A stretch of 59,011 bases of DNA, the filler included, from Basidiobolus ranarum (taxonomy: Eukaryota), in the NCBI GenBank assembly GCA_040143965.1. It is 7 parts of 7 records of this genome, joined end to end, with 100 filler letters (N's around TTAATTAATTAA, not from the genome) between each part and the next. Parts side by side here need not be neighbours in the genome. Positions count along the whole stretch, not along the records: positions 50,688 to 59,011 come from JASJQH010000984.1; 6 more parts are not named here. One strand, given 5' to 3'. How positions within the stretch are numbered: the first letter of the stretch is position 1; the number at the start of each line of letters is the position of its first letter. Below the pieces are notes generated by a model. It did no database searches. It saw only the letters and a list, made by a program, of their open reading frames with translations, and had not been told where the DNA came from. Of the stretch, positions 50,688 to 59,011 are shown one piece after another. The position numbers were made by a program, and so were the translations under genes.

Positions 50688-53555
50688 CTAAAGGCTGGTA
50701 CTTGAGAGTGACGACTATACATTATCCGTTATATCACATGATGCACCTCAAGTTTTACCGCTCTGTACATAATCTAGGCGTATGTATGATATTGTATACA
50801 ACTTAGCACCTTGGACAGGAATTGAAATAAAGATGACTTGTGCTGCATTTATATTCTACAATGTTTGTGATAGAGCTTTATGGGCCATATGCCGCGACGA
50901 GCTAACATGAATACATCTTTTCTCTTGTAATGCTGCATGGGAATCCCCCAGTCTGTATAAACTCAGTGTAGGTCGATGTTGAGTACTTCATTCTGATGGA
51001 TCCATCAAACCAACACTATATTCTAAATACCAATTAGTGATCTGACATATAGCCAGTTCAAGACTTTGTTTCAGTCGAAGAAGCGACTATCAAGTGTAAA
51101 TAATATACATACCCTTTATAATTAGGATACTGCATATTGAACAATACTCTACAGTTGGCATAACTCAATGACAATGTCGAGATAGGCCACGTATAGTTGT
51201 CTCTCATACTGTCTGGTTTACGATTAATGACTGTTAATCATTACCTGTGATGAAGCTCGGAAAAGTTACCAGCGGCCAATCATATCTGTACTTGTAAGCG
51301 AAAGTGAAAGTGACGAAATCGCTGGACAATTATTATCGATATTCCGCATCTCACCGGACTCTCACAATATTTTGCTATTCATTAATTTTACCTCCAATAG
51401 GAATGACTTTACGCTCTACCACGAGAGTTATTCTGGATGCCGATCTTGACTCATAAAAATAGACATCCCTAGGCCTGAAACCGATTTCCTCTTTCCGATC
51501 ATTCTCAGCATTGTGACTGCATGTGCGATGGACGTTAATACAACGATCCCATTACAATTATGAGCGTTGTATTTATCTACCTACAAAGGTTCCGCAGTTC
51601 TTACGTGAAATATATTGCCACCACACGACAATAGACATTGACATAAGCCAGAGAAAGTCAATACACATTTTGAGATTCTACAAATTATCTAGAACACCAA
51701 CGAAGCCAATAGTAAAACAGAGAATATGTTGATTACAATTATACCGAGATAGATCCAATACTTTGGGAAGTCATCAACAACCTTAGTAGATGTCTGGCAT
51801 TATTATGCAGTAAATAACTCAAAGAACATTTAAGGTTGAAAGGGTTTTGCAACGTCTTTTCTTTCTCGATCTCTTGATGGCGGTGATTGAGAATTAAAGA
51901 ATTACGGAAGTTTAAATAAAGCATAAAAAGCCCGCGGAAGTAAAGCTCAGGCTCGTATTAGAAAGAATACTGTAGTGATATTGTCTTCAGCAGTAACCAT
52001 AATGGCCATTAGCCGATGACACAAATTAGGGAAGGTTTGTTGGTGGGATCATTATACTGGCTTTATCTAAGGTATATTTGATGATTATTATGGAAATGTC
52101 AATCTTGCTCATCCTCTGTCTTCATCCAACGCGTAGATATGAGTCTAGAGTTGGTAATTTCTGGGCAAACTCCCGTAACTAACTTGTTTTGGTGAGACAT
52201 TTCAAACTACGTTAGATGATGAATGGGGCACTCCAGGTAATTGTTGTTGATGGTGTTGACCCCTTACATTTTCATGTAAAATCCTGTTTATTTCAATTAC
52301 ATTATCGATATATTCTAAATAATAGCCACTCTTTGAGAGTTTCATTCAAAGCCTGCTGAAAATGATGACTACTTCAGTCTCCTATGTAACTGTTTGTTTT
52401 AGTGCCCTTTCGTGTAGTTTGGTCTTGAAATGAGTTACCCGCTTATAAATGCATTATTTATAATAACACAAAATGATACATACATTTGTAGGTGAACATT
52501 CAGATTAAAATCGGATTCTGATATTTAATCAGACTGCATCGAATTACTAAAAAGGGTAAAGAATCATTGGCCCCGTTTTGCTTCACGGGTAAATATTAGC
52601 GATGTTTTATTGAATCAAGCATCGAATATGAGTCAATTAGAAATCGAAATCTATGGAAGAATCGAGATTACCCATATATTTGGTGACCAACTCATGTGTT
52701 GTAGTTAATGTTAGAGCTTGGTCTCGCTTGCATCAGTATCACAGTTCTTTAGGCTGGGATTTCAAGTCCTCCTGGAGACAGATCAAGTTTTTTACCAGAT
52801 ATTGAATATAATTTAGCAGCGATATCAATGGGCTTGGACACCATTTTGGCTATACTTGGTTATTCTACTAGAATATCAAAGGTGAACTGACTGAGTTCCA
52901 TAGATAATGGGCTTAAGATGTGGCGAGATGAGTGTTATTGAAAGAGCTGTTAGATTGTTGGTTCATCAAACGATATCTCTCGATCTCACCTCAAACGAAG
53001 CAGTAATCAAGAACTTCCCGCTCCAAGGGAGCTACTAATTCGTTCGCTAACAAATGAACACCTTTTTTGTTGGTGTGGTTATTCCTTATCTACGTCTGAG
53101 CCATATCTTGTGTGATTAGCAGACATTATTCCTCGTTGTATGCTAATATTTCCATTTCACAGCAATAGATTCAAAGCATGTGAAGATGGATCGCCATTGG
53201 TATAACTGTGCGCAGTACGACCGTAATTTTTTTCGGCGGTTCTTGATATGTGGAGATGTTAGTCTGATTAGTAAGGTCCAATGTCAAATCCCATGATACG
53301 ATCCAAGCACGAATCACATGACAAGCCCAAAAAGCAATTTAATCCGATAAACCACTAAACCACACTGAATGAAACAATCAGTCTAATTTGTCTAGATATT
53401 TTTCCGAGTTGCTTTCCTGAGACTGAAGAATTAGTGATTGATTAGACTTCGACGAACCGTGTACAAATCGAAAATTCTTTTATAATCCTACCTTCATCCT
53501 TCTTTTTACCATCATCGCTACTACAACTGTCGATATCTCTTGTACTTCACTTAGA

Positions 53556-54472
53556 ATGACCAATTCCTCCTTTCTTCAAGAAGACCAGTCGAACTGCGAG
53601 TTTGACTCCATTCACTCTGCCTTAGAAGACTTTGGTTCGTTGTGAAGTTGAAATGTTTGTTTTTCGAAAGAATTTTGTGGTTAACTCGTTTGTTCTTTCT
53701 CTTAGCCGCCGGCAAGTTCTTACTTGTGGTCGATAACGAAGACCGTGAAAACGAAGGAGATTTGATCATTGCCGCTGAGAAAATCACCACAAAGGATATG
53801 GCTTTCATGATTCGTTACACAAGGTTGATAATATTTCTTTATTGACCGGTTTGTTCCTCCAACATTAACCAACTTTATCAATGTAGTGGTTATGTATGCG
53901 TTCCCTTGACTAATGAAAGAGCCGACCAACTCCAGCTTCCATTTATGGTATCCAACAGTAGTGATCCTCACAAGACTGCCTATACTATTAGCGTGGATTA
54001 TAAGCATGGTAAGAAGTACTTGTGTTTCTTTTTGTCTTTATGGAGGCTGACGTTATTATATAAACAGACACCACTACTGGAATATCTGCACATGATAGAG
54101 CTTTGACTGCTCGCAGTTTGGCTGATATGACCATCACCACTCCTTCGGAGTTTAATCGACCAGGACACATTCTCCCTCTACGCGCTAGGGATGGTGGTGT
54201 CCTCACTCGTACTGGACACACCGAGGCATCAGTTGGTAAATAACAAGATCAATTTACTAGCAGTTTACTACAAATCATACTTAATCATCCATTCAATTAT
54301 AGATCTTTGCAAATTATCTGGATTAAGCCCAGTTGCGGTCATCTGTGAACTCGTTAATGATGATGGTACCATGGCCCGTCGTGATGACTGTAAATCATTC
54401 GCCATCAAACATGGTCTTAAAATGATCACAATCGCCGACCTTATCAAATACCGTTTAGAAAATGGGCTTTAA
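53556..54472 (+). CDS. RIB3: 3,4-dihydroxy-2-butanone 4-phosphate synthase
   Basis: [66 protein letters not shown] and [17 protein letters not shown]. Four introns. Confidence 0.96.
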
Positions 54473-55275
54473 GGAAGAATTATTGATGAACTCCACTTTC
54501 TTCTCTGCGTCGAAAGCGTCATATTACATCACACTCTCTTCCCCTCTCCTCCCCAAATTACAGTAACATATACACCCAAGCATTTACATTTCATCTTTCT
54601 TTTTAGAGAAAATTCCGGTTTTATCTTTCCTGGCATGTCAGTGAGTTATTTATCAGAAATATTGGATAACTAATGAGAAATCCCTTTCGACCTTCTTTCT
54701 ACTCTTACCTTCATCAAAATGATAATAAACTTTCTTTATAGACGGTTGAATTCGTTAATTAGACTTTCCATTTTATGCTAAATCAAAGAGAGACTCTTTC
54801 GAACAGATCCACGTAGCTGTCGATGTTCGTTCGGGGAGGGAGTAGTATCCAATGATGAATTCAAATCCATCGACATTTTATGTGTATGATATGGTATGGT
54901 ATATATATGTAAGAAGATCATGTTGATAATTGGTGAGATAATCAGTAAAGTATGGCAATAGAAATAGGAAACGATGATGGGAAGAACAGGGATAGGGATT
55001 GAATGAATGGATTTCTTCGATAAACAACTGGGAGTGGGGGGAATCCAACCAACGGTTCCCTCCCATTCTACATCGTTGGAAGGTGGTTCCTCCTGGATAT
55101 AAATAACGAAGAGGGATGATGGGATGGAGATACGGATGAAGAAACAAATGAATAAAAGTAGAAGAGACGTATTCAAGAAAGTTCAGGATTGAAATTCATA
55201 AACAACTGTTTAAAGTATTACTAACATGATGAATTTAATGATGTAAATTCTCCTTCGATTCGACTCTCCTAACAT

Positions 55276-56832
55276 CTACAAGAAATAATCCGGTGCTGGC
55301 TTCTTGGCTGGAACGTTACGCACTTCTTGTGGTGCTGCTTCAAAGATCTTGTAGTTTTTATTGAGATGTTCGTCTAACTCTAAAATCGCCGCCACATTCC
55401 CGCATCTGAAAATTGTTGGTGAAATCTCTGGTGAATCATAGTGAAGTGTTGAATATCCTTGAGCTCTAAACTTACCTGTAGCAATAATTTGGAGCGGACC
55501 AAACGGTGACAATGGTGTCGTTAAACATGAGTTTGTATCCCTCCATAACAAGTTGATGCGCTCTAGCGATAAGGTCCAGGTTATTGGCATGCAAGAACTA
55601 AATGTTGATATGGAAGCAGAATAAGTATCCTTTCAAAAGTTCATTCACCAAGGATACCTACAGATTTCACTATATCTCCACCAAACAAATAACCAGCTCC
55701 ACGTGGACTTAGTCCCCAGCCTTCGATTTCTAAATCGAGATGAACGTCAATAAAGCACTTCTAGAGAAATGGTTTAAACGTCGTGCAACATCTATCAACA
55801 TACCATCTGGGTCTGACCATAAAAGATCACACATCCCACCGTCGTGAGGGACTTCTTGCTTCCTATCGATCGTACGGATCTAGTAAATATTTCAGAGGTT
55901 TAAATCGGAAGGATACCAAAGTTTTTACAATCCAATAGATACCTGGTCGACCGTTGTGATGGACGGGGAGAGTCCACCGTGTACACAGAATATCTTATCA
56001 TCGATAATCGCTGAGAGACTCAGGTAATCAAAGATCTCACAGCAATAACGCCAAACATTAGGAGATCCATACTTTCGAAGGCATTCCTCGTAAAAGCCGT
56101 AGACTTGGGTGATTTGACGACTCTCATGATTTCCACGAATCAAGGTAATACGATCAGGGTAACGAACCTGGAAGTATTCATTAGCTAAGCATACTACTAA
56201 TGAAAATCGACTCAAAGTCCACTAAATGGCTTACTTTTAGAGCAAGAAGCAATAAAAATGTTTCAACACTATAGAAGCCGCGATCAACGAAATCCCCTAA
56301 GTTAATCGAGCAGTGTCAGTTAAAAGAAATGGTGCTGTTTCGACGAAAACTGAACTAAATATTACCCATGAATAAATAATTCGTGTCAGGACATTTCCCG
56401 CCAACTTTAAATAATTCTTTCAGATCGTAAAATTGCCCATGGATGTCACCACAGATCTAAATAAACCAGGGATTACTATCTTTAGCTGATTGATTTGTCT
56501 ATCCTACTTTGATGAGGAGAATCTATATATATGATATCAACTGCTACTTCAACAAGTTAAACATCCATACCGTGACTGGAGCATCTACTCGCTGAACATT
56601 ACTTTCTTCAATCAATATTTCACGAGCTTTGTTACAAAGTTGCTTCACTTCATTTTCAGTAATTATCTCACACCGCCTCAATTGCTCTATTTGACTGTTA
56701 CAACAGTTTTAAAGAAATAAAGAGAATAAGTAGATGAGTAATTTTGAAGTATCAGATAAGTTCATTGTTCAAGTATATTTAGTTGACAAGATAGAAAAAA
56801 GATCAATACCGATCGAGGTCACTTTGCGTCAT
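55276..56832 (-). CDS. PPH3: Ser/Thr protein phosphatase 4 catalytic subunit
   Basis: [65 protein letters not shown] and C-terminal PDYFL. Confidence 0.93.
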
Positions 56833-58046
56833 AATTGAAGGGGGTTTTGCTTTCGAAAAAAATCAAAAAGAAAAGTAAAAGCGCGTTAGAAAGGCAGCAA
56901 CCAAACCAGTGGACCCAATTCAACCGATATTACTTTAACGATAGGTGATTTCTTTTCAAAATTCCTCTTTAAATTTTTCTCAAACATCCCATAATAAGCC
57001 TCATAAATATTGGAAAGGAGAAATCTATTGGTTGAATTATTAGATGCATTTCGATTAATTATCTTTATGTTACGAGAAAAATTATCGATATCTCTCTCTA
57101 ACTCCTGAAGATATTTCTGAGCTGCGCATTGATCATGAAGAGGAATACTTGCATGATGAATCAAAATATTTCTAAAAATCCACCTGAACCCGCCAGAAGT
57201 AACGAATGCCAAATGTCTGCTTCATTCAATCAAGATGCATCCTTTATCAATCTTTTAGGATGTGGTGTTGCTAATATATTAATGTTTGGTTCCATTAAGT
57301 AGAAAGATAACACTTCTACTATGGTTTTTAAGATCTCTTTCAAGATTGTAGATATCCATGATACTGGCTAGAATTTGCTCAGTAATGCAATTGTAATTGA
57401 TTGCTTTCTATTCCTATATTGTGTACCCTCTTAAAGAAAAAAGAGCACTTGTCAATTAGTATGTTTCTGTGGTATGTGTATGTATAATGACATTCTAATT
57501 TTTCAATGGGCATCATGAAAGCAGAGATGAAATTGACCTGCATTTTGCTCGACATATTGGATATATTGCAACAATTTAGGAAAGTTAGAGATAGAAAGTG
57601 ACTTTCACTAGGTTTCTTTTAATGATATTCCATCCCTATTGATACCAAAATACAGTTATGAATATGGACTTGAGTGTTTCGAAGTGTAGATGCTATATTC
57701 GCTTTTTTTCTACACGATCTATCATGAATTATGCTTATATCCTCACTTTCAAGATACTTGTAAAATACGGAGCAAAAATGAACATCATATTATATCGATG
57801 TTGTGGCGTCAAACTATGTAACGCACTGGTGCTATATTAAACCGGTAGTACACCCTGTGAGCACTAACAAGGATATGGAATTTATATCGGTCAAACGAGA
57901 AACATGTACAAGCAGAGGATAGAAAACAATATTGATCCTCTACCAAGCAGGTGTATTTCAATATACTCCTATATCACATATAGTTCATCTATGCTTTACT
58001 TCCTAAATATTTCGTAAGGAAAAATCGTTGTATCCATTCTAATTTT

Positions 58047-58509
58047 AGTTGAAATTAGCATAGCCTAAACATCTATATAGTCATATATAGCTTAGTATTT
58101 AGTTGTCATATATTGAACTAAGATATCACCTTAAGAGGAATTTACTTCGATACTATTTACTTGAATACTGTTAAAGTATTTGGGAGCCTGTTGGAAGTGG
58201 TTTGGAGAATTAGAGGAATTGGTGGTTTTCACTTATTGATCTATTGAGTAGAGAGTTGACATTTATAGTTTTGCCAAGATGTAAACAAACCAATGTGTAG
58301 AATGTGTTAAGGAAGGTCCTAAGAACATGTGCACAAGGTTTGGGGCTTCTAGCACAAGTTTGAAAAATCTATATATCTGAGAACTTCTAAGTAAATTCCC
58401 GTTGAGAATAAAGGATAATATCTTAGTTCAATATAAGATAACTAAGTACTAAGCTATATATGACTATATAGGTGTTTAGGCAATGCTAATTTCAACAAAT
58501 ACTTTAGCA
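58047..58509 (-). repeat. Internally deleted family-B LTR (reverse orientation) that hosts the nested solo LTR
   Basis: 58047-58147 is the reverse complement of the LTR 3' end, and 58498-58509 is the reverse complement of the LTR start. Confidence 0.65.
58169..58497 (+). mobile_element. Complete solo LTR (family B) with a 5-bp TSD
   Basis: TGTTAAAG...TTTCAACA, 329 bp, flanked on both sides by AATAC. Confidence 0.88.
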
Positions 58510-58516
58510 ATCTAGC

Positions 58517-58760
58517 TGTTGAAGTATTCTAGGAGCCTGTTGGAAGTAATTTGGAGAACTAGAGAAATTTGGTGGTTCTCACTTGTTGATTTATTGAGAA
58601 TGTTGACATTTATACTTTTGTCAAGACCTAGATAAACTAACATGTAGAGTACAGAGTTTGGGGACAAGTTAGAGAAAATCATAAAATATTAGAATTCCAA
58701 GTTGGTAAAAATATTCCTAGTATATACCAATTGGTGATATTGAATAATGAGCTTAACCAT
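58517..58760 (+). repeat. Diverged family-B LTR copy
   Basis: TGTTGAAGTATTCTAGGAGCCTGTTGGAAG... parallels the sequence from 58169 onward. The right boundary is approximate. Confidence 0.7.
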
Positions 58761-59011
58761 CTTTATAGCCATATAACTAGCTACCTAAATTCCTCTATGT
58801 TATTTGCAGCATTAACTCTATGAGTGAACATTCACCTTTCCCATGTTAACCTCAAGCACTTCCAATGCATGACATATATTTATAACTTGTTGGGAGTCTT
58901 GTATTTATTGGGAAAATATGGGCTGTTTGGAGGAACTTTAGAAAAGTGGAGTTGTGAATAGCTTTGTGAGATAATTATTTATTGACCAGAAATTAAGCAT
59001 TTATACATTTT

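Noticed and set aside
52900..53555. Possible FMN riboswitch upstream of RIB3
   Set aside because: No RFN consensus blocks (GGGCAGGGTGAAATTCCC / GGATGrGAGA) are visible.
54778..55176. 132-aa and 89-aa ORFs downstream of PP4
   Set aside because: Low-complexity purine/pyrimidine-skewed sequence, most likely the PP4 3' UTR.
56886..57212. 108-aa ORF upstream of PP4
   Set aside because: TTG start, AT-rich and no recognisable domain; probably promoter sequence.

Overview
Eukaryotic, AT-rich fungal DNA with short GT-AG introns. The gene content (velvet, CYK3, Crh GH16, HAK/KUP, plus Zwilch) suggests an early-diverging fungus; that placement is inference. The window is not one locus: seven ~8.3-kb contigs, sorted by decreasing length, are joined by 100-bp N/TTAATTAATTAA linkers, so adjacency across a linker means nothing. 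Contig 1 is a CpG-depleted nest of decayed Ty1/copia elements and a MITE. The other contigs carry a frameshifted type II pantothenate kinase, a small PP1-docking ORF, a Sos7/Kre28/Zwint-like kinetochore gene, Zwilch, an IQM-like gene, a HAK transporter, a Crh GH16, a CBS protein, CYK3, RPL26, ARC1, an OSBP, YDJ1, the last exon of endonuclease V (missed by the ORF track), a GNAT, DUS4, eIF4E, a secreted deaminase, a velvet fragment, RIB3 and PP4c. The most notable items are the fungal Zwilch, the PanK lesion at the catalytic Glu (with an ATGA stop/start overlap), the PP1-docking microprotein, the secreted deaminase and a new MITE confirmed by an empty site. All homology calls are from motif recognition, not database searches.
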